The position numbers and the translations under genes were made by a program. 64,000 nt of DNA from NCBI GenBank assembly GCA_028023455.1, contig JAQFVV010000005.1, positions 16,182,001 to 16,246,000 on the forward strand, in the 5' to 3' direction. The notes under the pieces are model-generated. The model searched no databases. It was not told the DNA's origin and saw nothing but the letters and a program-made list of their open reading frames with translations. The stretch comes from Epiperipatus broadwayi. Lineage: Eukaryota > Animalia > Onychophora. Shown here one piece after another: positions 38,150 through 49,816 of the stretch; position 1 is the first letter of the stretch, and every line of letters begins with the position of its first letter.

Positions 38150-40860
38150 TTGTGTGAGAGAAATAATGTTATATTTGTGGATTGTTTTATTGGAAAGAGG
38201 GAGTTATATAGTAAAGATGGGTTGCATTTAGGAAAACAAGGAAGGAAGTTTTAGGGAGTTTGATTTATAAAGAATTTTTTTCGAGAAACTTATAAAGGGG
38301 GATGGGTTTTTAAATTGCAATATTATTAAAAAGAAAAAGAATGGATGGAATATAAGAAATAAGCAAAAGGAATTTGATTTAAATATAAATATAGATGTTG
38401 AGAAGGAATGGGTTTGTAAAATTAATGGTAAGAAAGTAATTTATAAATGTGATGGAGAAGAAAGAATTAAAAGAATTTATAAAAGAGTAGTTAGGAAAGA
38501 AGAAATTGTTAAAATTGGGTTTTTGAATATGCAAGGTGGTAGGAGACCAGAAAAATGGATGGAATTAAACAAAACAATTGAAAATGAAGAACTTGAGGTA
38601 TTAGCAGTAGTGGAAACACATCTAAGAGAAGAAGAATAACTTATTTTGAAACAGTTGGTATGGCAGGCTATAAATAGAAAAGAGAAAGAAAAAAGGGATG
38701 GTGGTATAGGTGTTATATTGTTAAATGTTAAGAACACTTGTGGTTTGAAATAAGGTTGGTTAGTCAAGAATGGATGGTGGCTATAGTTTATATAGACACT
38801 GGAGATAGTCAAATTATAATGGAATGGAATAGTAACACATATGAATGTCTAGTTAAAGATATACAAAGTTTTAAAGAAAAGGGGAAGAGAATAATGCTTA
38901 TAGGGAATAAGAATGGACATATTGAAGAAATTGATGATGTAGATAATAAAAATGGACAGCTTTTGAAGAAATTTTGTCAGAAAGTAAATTTGAGTATTGG
39001 AAATTTATTAAATATTTACGAGGGACAATACCCATGATTTAGAAATAATATATTTCATACAATAGATTATGTATTGGTAGAAAAAAAAAGAATAAATAAA
39101 ATACAAAAAATTAAGGTGTTTGATAATGAAGAGAGAGTATGTAATAATGATCATAACTTTGTTGTAATAGAAATGGTTAGTAATGTGATGGAGAATAGAA
39201 ATAAAAGTAGAAATAATAGTGAAAGATGTGGATGGAGAGTGAATGATAATAATAAGTTGGAAGAGTATAAAATACAGGTTGAAGAAATCATGGAAGAGTG
39301 GGTTGGGGATGAGTATAAGACTGGTGTAAAGAAGTAGAAAAAGTGGCAAATAGGGTTTTAGGTGAGAATATTCAGAAGAATAAAAATAATATAAAAAAAA
39401 GAGAATTAATAAAAGTGTAAAAGAGAGAAAAGAAGCATGTAGAGAATATAAGTGTGCTATTAAGAATAAGGAAAGTGAAAAAGATATTAATGCTAAATGG
39501 GAAAAGTACTTAGAAAAAAAGAAATTAGCTAAAATAGATAATTATAGAGAGAGAATGAAATTGAATAGTAAATTGTTGGAGGATATTAATAAAAGTGGAA
39601 GAGATGGGAGTAAAAAATTTTGGAATTACATTAAAAGGAGGAATGTAGGGGGGGAGATAGTATTACTAGATGATGAGGGAATAGAGTGTAGCTCTAGAGA
39701 AGATTTAGAGAGAATCTTAAATAGATATGTAATGAATATAAAAAAGATGTAAGATGTGAATGATAGAGTGATAAAAAACATGAAAACATATAGTAATGGG
39801 AATATTAGATTTTCAGAAAATGAACTGAATGAGGTAGAGAAGAAATTGAAAATTGGAAAGGCAAGAGCTTTAGATGGATGGGCAGCAGAGATGGTAATGA
39901 ATTTAGGATATAGGGCAAAAGTAAAGTTATTATCCTGTTTTAATAAAATGGCACAGAATAGAGTTTTCCAAAGTAGTAGGAGTAATACAAGAGTAAGGTT
40001 ATTATTTAAAGGAAAGGTAAGGATCATAGAAAGTTGAATAATTATAGACCAATAGCAGTAACATCAGTTTTATATAAAGTTTTCTCGTATATGGTGGCTA
40101 GAAGAGTTGTAAAATGGATGGAAGGGAATAATGTAGTGGGGGACATGCAAGGAGGTTTTAGATTAGATAGGTATATAGGACATAGTTTATTTGTAGTTAC
40201 ACAACTTATGGATATGATTAGGAATTCAGATAAACAGTTATATATGAGTTTTATAGATATAGAGAAGGCATATGCTAGAGTAAACAGAAATAGATTATGG
40301 ATAAGTTTAGCAAATTTGGGAATGGATGAAGCTTTAATAGATATTATTAAGAAATTATATGAAAATAATTATTATATATATCAATTAGGGAATACAGAAT
40401 CAGTTAGTTAAAAATGGGGTGGGACTAAGGCAAGGATGCCCTATGTCACCTATTTTGTTTGTGTTGTATTTGAGTGAAATGGAAAGAGCAATAGAAAGAT
40501 TAGAAAGAGAGGTAGAGACACCATTAATAGGTAGTAAGGGATTAGATATTTTGTCAGGTCTTTTTTTTTTGCAGATAATATATGGAAGTTATGCTGAGGG
40601 CATGTGCAAGGATGGGTAAAGAGATGGGGATTAAATTCAATGAAGAAAAATCAAATATAATGATGGTTAATGCTGGGGAAAGAGAAGGTGTAGAATTTTT
40701 ACTGGGAGATATTAAGTTAAGTGTGGTATGATCCACAAATCTTAAACTATAGAATCAATGACTCTACCTTGTTCTAATGCATACTGGACAAAAGTGTCAA
40801 TGAAACATTTTAAACAAATAAATAAAAAAAGACTTACTAAAGGGTTCTGAATTGTCTTTT
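38150..40860 (+). mobile_element. Degraded CR1/L2-group LINE (esterase-like ORF1 end, APE endonuclease, RT), antisense within the Noc2-like intron
   Basis: YSKDGLHL (ORF1 esterase-like); IGFLNMQG and VVETHL (APE); NNYRPIAVTSVLYKVF, QGGFR, FIDIEKAY and GLRQGCPMSPILF (RT). Many stops and frameshifts; 3' end truncated. Confidence 0.9.
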
Positions 40861-40875
40861 TGTATGAGATAAATG

Positions 40876-41052
40876 TTAAATATTTACTAACATTACTTAT
40901 GTAATATATAGGGTATATGAGCACATACTTTCACATGAGCCACCACTCACCACTCCATCTCATATCACTGATACACTTGAACCCATATATGTAAAAAAGA
41001 TAAATAATCACCAATATATGTATTTCATGCTAAACCAGCAATCATCAGTTGT
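40876..41052 (-). mobile_element. Family Y copy abutting the truncated 3' end of the LINE
   Basis: Same sequence as 8360-8520. HHR at 41010-41052 with a shortened stem I. Confidence 0.75.
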
Positions 41053-42726
41053 ATCATATAATACAGAAAAAATAATTCCAAAATTGTTTTTATTTACAGA
41101 CAAAACTAAATATTAAACCATATTTGGCTATCTTTTACGACATTATATATGTTTCTTTTTCTTTTGATCAGGTAAAAAGGTATAGTGCTACCTATACTGT
41201 TCTGACAATGAAGAACAAGAGAAGCTTGTATGGATTAAAGATTTTTTTTAAGTGCTTGCATAGAAAGATTTTGAGGCTAATCGATTAAGCTAGATGAAAT
41301 ATTTATAACTCTTAAATAAGCAGAGCACATATTGGCATAATACTATGAATGTTTGCAATAATGAATACTTTGATAACAGCAACAAAATTTGAAAAGAAAA
41401 AAACATTTTAATATTCAATATGATATTTTTTGTTACATAATCTTTCAAATGTCATTTATTTATTCATATACAAACACGGCATGCAAATTATATTGATTTC
41501 CATTTTATGATGCCATACTGCTTAATATAGATTTCATGTTCGATATTTAATGTATTCATATTCAACTATAATATCATTTGTCAGTTAAAAACCTGTATTA
41601 ACAATTATGCAATCTATGTAAAATAAAAATAGCATTGTTTAGCAATTATTAGTGTTTTTATTATTATTCAATTGATCTGCAACATCTTAGGATATGCATA
41701 CATAGAAGTATAACATCCCTCTATCATAAAACTGAATCATAATATGATTATATTTCTATTTAACATATTTTACAATCATCATATTGACACCCATGCCAGA
41801 TTACATCTAGATATCCATGCATTGATCAGTAATCAAATGGGTAGTTGGCTACCCTGAAAAAAACATTAGTTTGCATGGAATCTTCATCTACCTGAAATAA
41901 TTATCAAGTTTTATGCAAATTTGAATTCTAGATCATAGGATTCACTAGTCAGAGATGAAAGATGGCTGATAAAACATAAAAAAGCTATAATGGTTGTACA
42001 TAATAATTAAAGACTATAAGAATAGTAATAATCAAACAGTTTTATTCATAAGAATGATGTTCAAGCACTATAAGTAGTTGAGATGACTAATCCTGAATCA
42101 TTATCTCAGATCTGTATTAAATCACACAAGGCATCATAGTAATAATTAATATCAAGGAATACATATGCATGTTAAATTCACCATAAAGAGGCAAGTGGAA
42201 TAACAAGACATTAAAAGTATCACAACTCAACAACATCACTTGATCATCATCATCATCAAAAATTTTCTATTTTCTTTCCAATTTATTCTAGTACTTCAAT
42301 TTTAATGCTCTACCATGAGTTTTAATGAATCCAATATTGCTGTGATATATCATCAATGGATAATGGGAAATATTTTTGCATTTATCAGTTTTAATAAAAT
42401 AAAAAAATTGAGAATTTTAGAAAAATCTTCCTAAACATCAATTTTGTTATAAATCAGCAGATGAAAAAAACATTATATCAGAATGGCTATCAGTCTAATT
42501 TACAACATTCTTTGATCCCATTCAGTAATGAACATATGAAAATAACAATTTTGCAAATAACAACAACACAATAATATAAAGAAAAAGAAAATAATTATTA
42601 TAGCTAGTAATATAATGGTAAACATTTTGTTCATTTTTAATGCAGTGCTTCCATTAAATCTTTCTTAATATACTTTTTTTTGACTGTTTTGCCTGCCTAG
42701 GAGTCTTCTTCAGATATTTCAGAATA

Positions 42727-43010
42727 AACAGAGCAAAACTCTCCATACAGTATTGCCACCTGTGCTAAACAGAGTAATCAATGGATGCCAGAAGGCTTGT
42801 GCATAAAATCCCTATCAAATGCCTACTCCTCCACAAGCCAGAAACTAGTCTGGGGATATTGGAGGAGTAGGCATTTGATAGGGATTTTATGCACAAGCCT
42901 TCTGGCATCCATTGATTACTCTGTTTAGCACAGGTGGCAATACTGTATGGAGAGTTTTGCTCTGTTTATCAACAATTAATGTGCTAGTATAGGAAATGTG
43001 ATCATGTGAT
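42727..43010 (+). mobile_element. Family X element with a perfect 110-bp palindrome
   Basis: Arms 42724-42833 and 42860-42969 are exact reverse complements around a 26-bp spacer. TSD ATATTTCAGAATA at 42714-42726 and 43011-43023. Confidence 0.9.
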
Positions 43011-43129
43011 ATATTTCAGAATATCAAAAAAAGATTATTTAATAGTAAAAACTGTCATAAGAAATTAAATAAAGTATTGCAAAAAAGTGAATTAAGAGAA
43101 GTGTGTTGTCATATTCTGAAAAATATTTA

Positions 43130-43930
43130 TCAAAACGAAACAAGGGTGATTAAATGCATGGTGATGCCAAGAAAATTAACATTAATGATGGTGTGCAATG
43201 TCATGCTTCCATATCTTCAATATTTTTTCCAGAAGTTTTAAGAGAGGTATTTTGTGGATTAAAGTGGGGAACTGATGCAATAAAATTACAAGGTTCTTAT
43301 TTATAGATGATGCAGTTGTTTTATAAATAATGCACCAGAACTTCAGGAATTGCCATAAGAGTTATCAGATGAAAGCAAAAGAATAAAGATAAGTACCAAA
43401 AAAAAACTAAAATTATTGCCCAATGGTGTGCAACAGAAGTAAATACATCATGAAATTGGTCAGATTATTGATACAGGTAGAAACTTATTGAATGATATTA
43501 TTCATACAATTAAACTTTGATAGAATGCTTTTGATAAAAATAATTTAATATTAAAAATAAATAAGTATAATTGTTTAAAAAATAGGATTTTAATAGATAT
43601 ATCTTACCAGTACTTATATATACCTTATGGGTATGAAACTTGACCATTTAACAGAAAAGCAATACAAAGATTTCAAATCACACAATGAAATATGATGAAC
43701 AAGGAGGGATTGAAAGGAAATATGTGGGTGAGAGAACTAACAAATGACATTATTGAAAGAATGAAGAAACTGAAATGAAGCTGATCTGAACACATTCCTA
43801 GAAGAGATTGTAATATAGAGGGTTAAATTCTTACCAAGAGATCATAAAAGACCTAGAAAGAAACCACGTTTGAGATGAATAGAGAAGAAAGAATGTGGTT
43901 TGAAAAACTGAATTTTAATTGGAAATCATC
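43130..43930 (+). mobile_element. Degraded RTE-clade LINE RT and 3' fragment
   Basis: Decayed QGD..SP.IF and LFIDDAV motifs, YGYETW-like, and a RPRK.P..RW 3' region. Confidence 0.75.
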
Positions 43931-45238
43931 TTGCAATAGATTGATACTGTTTAAAAACCATAATTATAATGATTTCACTCACTAGTAATTCTTTAGAAAA
44001 TAACTGGATGAAAATAAGATTCAATCACATAAATAAGTAATCCTCAGATTTCACCGTTATTATTGGTCCATACTTAAAATAATTTCAATACCTTCATTCG
44101 CTTTTTTCCAATAATATATTTATTATAACATATTCTATCAGTTTCAACTAACATGTATTTTCTATCAGAGGAAGAAAAAAAGTAATGATAATATTGTTAC
44201 ATAAATTACATATATTAAACTAACAGTTTTATTATTATCAATTATACTATTAGAGTAATAAATATAATGTATGAAATAAATTATTTTTTCTTTTGTCTCT
44301 AATAAAGACTACAAATTAGTCACAACTATTGAAATATGTTACATCAAAATATTATTAGAAAAAAGGTATCTTAAAGTATTGAAATTCTTTAAAAAAAACA
44401 ACCAATAAAAAGTAAGGTTGGTGAATCCATTTTTATGGTAGGTGGAGAAGGTTATAGGTTATTTATAAATGAAAAGTGCAGGCACTAGGCTTCAGATTAC
44501 TGCTGAGTTAACACAGATGAAATATGACATCTGGGTTATATTTTAATAGTATCATAATTCCAAGATGTAGATTGATTGTCCCTACAAATAAAAGTCATCA
44601 AAAGTATGAAGGTTTTATTAATCTTCCATCCCTAATAAATATTAGTCATAAAAACTCTATATAACCATTTATCAATACATTATATACTGAACGTGCTATT
44701 TAGTCATATCTATTTTATCTGGCTTGAACTATTGTGCAAAATTTAATTTATTATTAAATCATTATTATCAGCTTTGTTATTCAGCTAATAAAATACTAAA
44801 TCAGATCTGATATTTTTTATATTTTGCTAATATCAACATATTCTTTTACTACCTACATTATATATGAATTTATATTAATTAAATATTTTGAAAATTACCA
44901 CTAATGGCAGCATATTTTATACTGACTCCAAAATATAAAAAAATACTCTTTTCATTGACTTTATTACTGAAAGTGATATTCTATAATAATCTCCAAAAAC
45001 AAAAAAAGATGGTTTGGAAAGAATATAAAATTGACCCTCAGAATAATTTGGCAAGGATGTAAAATTAACCTTCAAGAAGACATAATGATAATTATAAAGA
45101 GATCGATGGAACTCATGAGTGATTTCCATCTATAGTATTAGTGTTAACAATAATTGTTCAATATCCAAACATAATTCAACAAACATTTTTTAAATAACTG
45201 TTTCTAAAAATAAATCAATACCACAATATTAATCTTAC

Positions 45239-45413
45239 CTCTTCCCCTAGACCAGGTGTTGTATTTGCTACCTGAGCCAGATCTACTACCTCGAGATTTT
45301 GATTCTGTGCGCCGGGATCCAGGACTTCCGTATTTGCCTGAATCAGCTTTTCTTTCAGGGATAACATATTTTGGGAGACCCTTGAAAAACCAAGCACCGG
45401 ACTTCTTCCACAT
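45239..45413 (-). CDS. RPH3AL: Internal coding exon of a rabphilin/Noc2-family Rab effector (end of the Rab-binding domain, SGAWFF motif)
   Basis: Translates to MWKKSGAWFFKGLPKYVIPERKADSGKYGSPGSRRTESKSRGSRSGSGSKYNTWSRGR. WKxSGAWFxKGLPKY is the hallmark of rabphilin/Noc2. Acceptor ttttag|ATG at 45413 (phase 0) and donor AGAG|gtaaga at 45239 (phase 1). The symbol is a family-level call (Noc2-like versus rabphilin). Confidence 0.92.
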
Positions 45414-45578
45414 CTAAAAAAATAGACATAAAAATTAACAAATTAGGAAAAATGAATTCAAAATTGAAAGATCTAAATGTTTAAAATTAAAACAAAAAAA
45501 CATCACGATATTTTTCTTTCACAATATTTTACAAGAGCAAACTATATTTATTCTATTCCATGGCTACTACCTATATGG

Positions 45579-46036
45579 CAGGGGTGTCCAACAAGTCAAT
45601 CGTGATCTACCGGTCGATCGCAAAGCCATTTTTGGTCGATTGCGAGGCCAATCTTGCAAGAGCTGTCAGGTAACAAGTGAAAGCAATTAAGTCAAGATTT
45701 TCAAGTTTTTTTGTTATTTTTCTTTTTGCTCTAAATTTTTTTTAAATTCTAGATAGATGAAGTCCACTAAGTCGTATCATTATTGAAAATAATATTTTTA
45801 ATCTTGATTTAATGTAGCTAATTTGAATTAATAAATATTGCTAATAATTACTCATGTTGCTTTAATTCCCCCCGGCCATGAGTTATTAAATAATTGTTAT
45901 TTTTTACAGGTAGATATATAAAAATGGTATATTTTTCACACCTCCCTCCACTTAGACTACGCCTATGACTAGTCGATCACAAAACATTTTTAAAATAAAA
46001 AGTAGATCTTATGAACACAAAAGTTGGCCACCCCTG
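45579..46036. mobile_element. Non-autonomous hAT element
   Basis: TIRs CAGGGGTGTCCAAC / GTTGGCCACCCCTG; 8-bp TSD CTATATGG / CTATATAG. Confidence 0.85.
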
Positions 46037-47858
46037 CTATATAGTATTTATAGATGGAAGTAGTGTAGTAGAAATAGTTAAGATTACTTTATTGATCTTC
46101 ATAGATATGGTCTATTTTTATGGGTTCTTGATAAATTTTCTCATGATGGTAGTTGGAATTTTCAGAGACTAAAGAAGTGTTACATTTTTTATTGTCCTCA
46201 GCATATAATGTGCAATTGAATGCAAAGTCAAACAAAATATTTTTTTATTTATGAAATACTTGTGATTGAGTTAATTTATAAACGATTACTTTAAAAATAA
46301 CATTTAATGATAAATTTAATGATTGATAAATAGACTCCATCTAGTAGAATGTGAATCTGAATGAATATCAACTAGGTAATGAAAACTAGCCTTTTCTAGA
46401 TGATTAGATGAGAAATTACTATTACTATTGCAATATATGTACTGAACTAATTAAACAATAAATATTGGGAAATTAAATTCAAAGAATAAATTATTAGTTT
46501 TAAAATACTTTGTAAAAGTAAATTATAAAAATGAAAGAGTTTGTTATTGAAAGGAAGATATTTCTGATAAGAAATGAAATTTAATTAGTGTGAACTAAAA
46601 ATATACTAATTAAATTTACAAAGTCATCTGATTTGGAACCACTCCATTGGCAGAAATACTCCAGAAAAAACAAAGGAAAGATATATAAACCATAACACAG
46701 CAGAAAACACTCTCTTCTCCTTCTTCAAGGCCAGTTTTGAAAGCAGATGGCATGAAACAGCAGAAGAAAATCAGTGGGGGACATATTTTTTCCAGGATCT
46801 TGGCTCCTGAAGATTATTAAGCTGACTAGGGAATTAAAGAGGTCACTCTGACCTTATAATGACTTTATAAGCCTAAAGGGCCACACAGACTAAGAAAAGA
46901 CTTGAAGGTAGTAGAAAGTTATACCATCAAAAGTACATCAGCTAATATACTGTTACTAGTATGGGAAATAATACTAGTCAGAAATTAACTGCTGTGTTAT
47001 ATGGTAAAATTAGAATGTGTGTACTAGCAGACTAGCCATGAATATGACATGAAAATGTCAAAAATATATTTGGTCAATAAATATTGTTAAAATTTTAGAT
47101 TTAAACTCTGTATGAGTATTATTTTACATTAATATATTGTAAATAGTATACATATTAAATTGTAAGAATTATAATGCATATCAAGGTGTTGGTTTATTGT
47201 GGCCTCCATTGATATTCCAAAATTTAATTTATTACTCTTACTCCTAGAAATTTAAGGACTTTCTTATTAGTTAATTATGATCTATAACATAGTAAAATTG
47301 GCACAGCTGAAAACTGAAATAAAATCTGCCTGTAAGGAAAATTGGAACAGTCAAAGTTTGAACCTAGTCATAAAAAAACCAATGACATCATTTGGGGAAA
47401 GTTGCATTGTCATGTTCAATGTAAGCAATGTTGCTGAATGGTCATTATACATAATTCAAGTTAATTTTTTACTTTAATTAAACAATAAACGTAAAGTAGA
47501 AGCACTCTTGTTTTTTGCGTAGGAGGGTTATCAAAATAGTTCAGATTATGCAAAACTGTTTTAATGGATGGTGCATCTTATGAGGGAATAATAAGGAAAT
47601 TAAGTGAATATTTTAGCTCTCACTCATCCTGATATATAACTCATTAAATTGAAGAAATAGGAAGCAAACAAAGGGATAAAAAAATTAAAGAATATAAAGC
47701 AGACCTTAGAGAATTGACTTAAGATTGCAGGTATTGGGATTTTGTTGAGAAAATACTCATCAATCAGCTGCTTTAATATATGTCTGATGGCATGCTCAGA
47801 CAACAGTTTTTAACTGAGTTAGATTTAATGTACAAGATGACTATTAAAAAAGGAATAG

Positions 47859-48266
47859 AACCACTAAACATCACATGATCAGCATTTCTTATGCTTGTCT
47901 GTTATTAAAACAGGAAAAACTCTCTATACAGTAGTGCCATTCAGTTCAAGCCAGAGACCAATATGGCTATATAAGCTAATAAGCTTGGATTGAAAATATT
48001 ATTGTATTTTCCAATTTTATTCTCATAGTTTTGTAGTTAAGTAGAGATAGACGGTGGTGCTGGAGGATTGCATTAGATCCTAAGATCTAAGTGCAGTGCT
48101 CTCAGATCCAAGGTTCCTCATAGATGCAAGCCATAAGTTAGAAACTAGTCTGAGGATATTGGATGAGTAGGTACTAGATAGGGATTTTATGCATAAACCT
48201 TCTGGTATCCATTGATTACTCTGGCTTGCACTGAATGGCATTACTTTATAGAGAATTTTGCCTGTT
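47859..48266 (+). mobile_element. Family X element inserted into Gypsy gag
   Basis: Perfect 15-bp TSD TTAAAAAAGGAATAG at 47844-47858 and 48267-48281. The HHR at 48115-48156 has a perfect stem I (TCCTCA/TGAGGA) but a decayed core. Confidence 0.85.
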
Positions 48267-49699
48267 TTAAAAAAGGAATAGCTTACAAGTTAATATTAAA
48301 ACAAGAGCATGCTTTTCAAAATAGAACAGATGCTAACCAAAATATGGAAGTTTATATGACAAATAAGCAAATTACTAACCTGAAAAAAATCAGTATGCAT
48401 GCATGAGAATAAAGCCACTTATTACTATTGTGAGAAAGCTGGATACAGAGTAAGAGATTGCAAGTGGAAAAAAGAAAAATGTTTTAAATCTGGATTTAAA
48501 GGTCATTTGCCATGAGCTAATAATGGGGAGAGCAATATAAACACAGAAAAATAGGGGAGACAAATCAATCAATTGGCAATTTGTCAAATATTAAAGTTCT
48601 TGGATCAAATCAACTTATGATGAAATTGCAAATCTGTGGAAAAAATATTAGCATGGTAATAGATAATGGCCAGGGATATCTATAATGTCTAAAAAAGATT
48701 GGAGTGCACTATCACCTGACTAGGTTAATATTCCAATAGAGAAGTCAAACATTAAGGTTCAAGATGTGAGTGGAAATATGCTGAAATTATTGGGTCAAGT
48801 AAAAATACCAATAAAACATCTTGTGAAAATAATTAACTTACCATTATATATAATAAAAGAAAAAAATAGTTCTATATTTGAGAGGGTAGGAATTCATGTC
48901 AGTATTGTGAAAATAAAATTTCCATGGGACAGGAAATTCAAAAGTAATATCCAGATTTAATTAATGAAATTGAACTACTTGAAAAGATATATCCAATTGT
49001 TTGTAAACTGTGCAAAATTCCATTCATGCAGAAAAGTAAAGTAGAAGAGAAAATTCAGGAATTAGTTAATAAGGGCATATTGATACCAATAAAAACATCA
49101 GATTGAGCCATGCCTATAGTGGTAATAACAAAACCTAATGGCCAAATCTGGACGTGAGGTGATTATAAAGTAATGGTAAATATATACTTAAACAAGGAGA
49201 CATATCCAAAGTGAAATGTGAGAGAAGTATCATCCAGTCTTCAAACAGCATCACACTTTGCAAAACTGAACCTAAACTCCACCTTTCACTAAATACACAT
49301 TATAGACAAATCAGTGAAAATATAAACCCTAGTGATCCCTGTTGGATTCTTTAAATGTAGTTGGCTACCATTCAGTTTTATGATGGCACCAAACATTTTT
49401 CAAGCAAAATTTAATGCTTTATTACAAGGATTAGATGGTATGATATTTATTTTAATGAAATACTTATTACAGCATGTTCTGAAGAATTGTTACATCAAAG
49501 GCTCCTTAAGGTATGCAGCAAATTAGAGAAATTCAGGGTAAAATTTATGCTTTATAAAAGTAAATTATAAAAATGAAAGAGTTTGTTATCAAAACGAAGG
49601 CATTTCTGATAACAAAGGAAATTTAATTAGTGTGAATTAAAAATACATTAATTAAAATTACAAAGTCGGATAGAAACTAACTGAATTGATAATACACTT

Positions 49700-49816
49700 T
49701 TTTTTTTTTTTCATATGTCATAGCATCTGCCGGGATGCGAACCCACACCCGTCTGCAACCAACTACTTGCTTGCATGGCGGCTGCAATACCTCTCGGCTA
49801 ACAACGCAAGACAATC
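49700..49816 (-). mobile_element. tRNA-derived SINE (family S) inserted in the Gypsy 3' LTR
   Basis: 12-bp TSD GATAATACACTT at 49688-49699 and 49817-49828. Confidence 0.9.

Noticed and set aside
42670-42720. Minus-strand CTGAAGA…AAAAC-AGTC motif next to the palindrome
   Set aside because: GAAA is mutated and stem I is absent, so at best an old relic; not counted.
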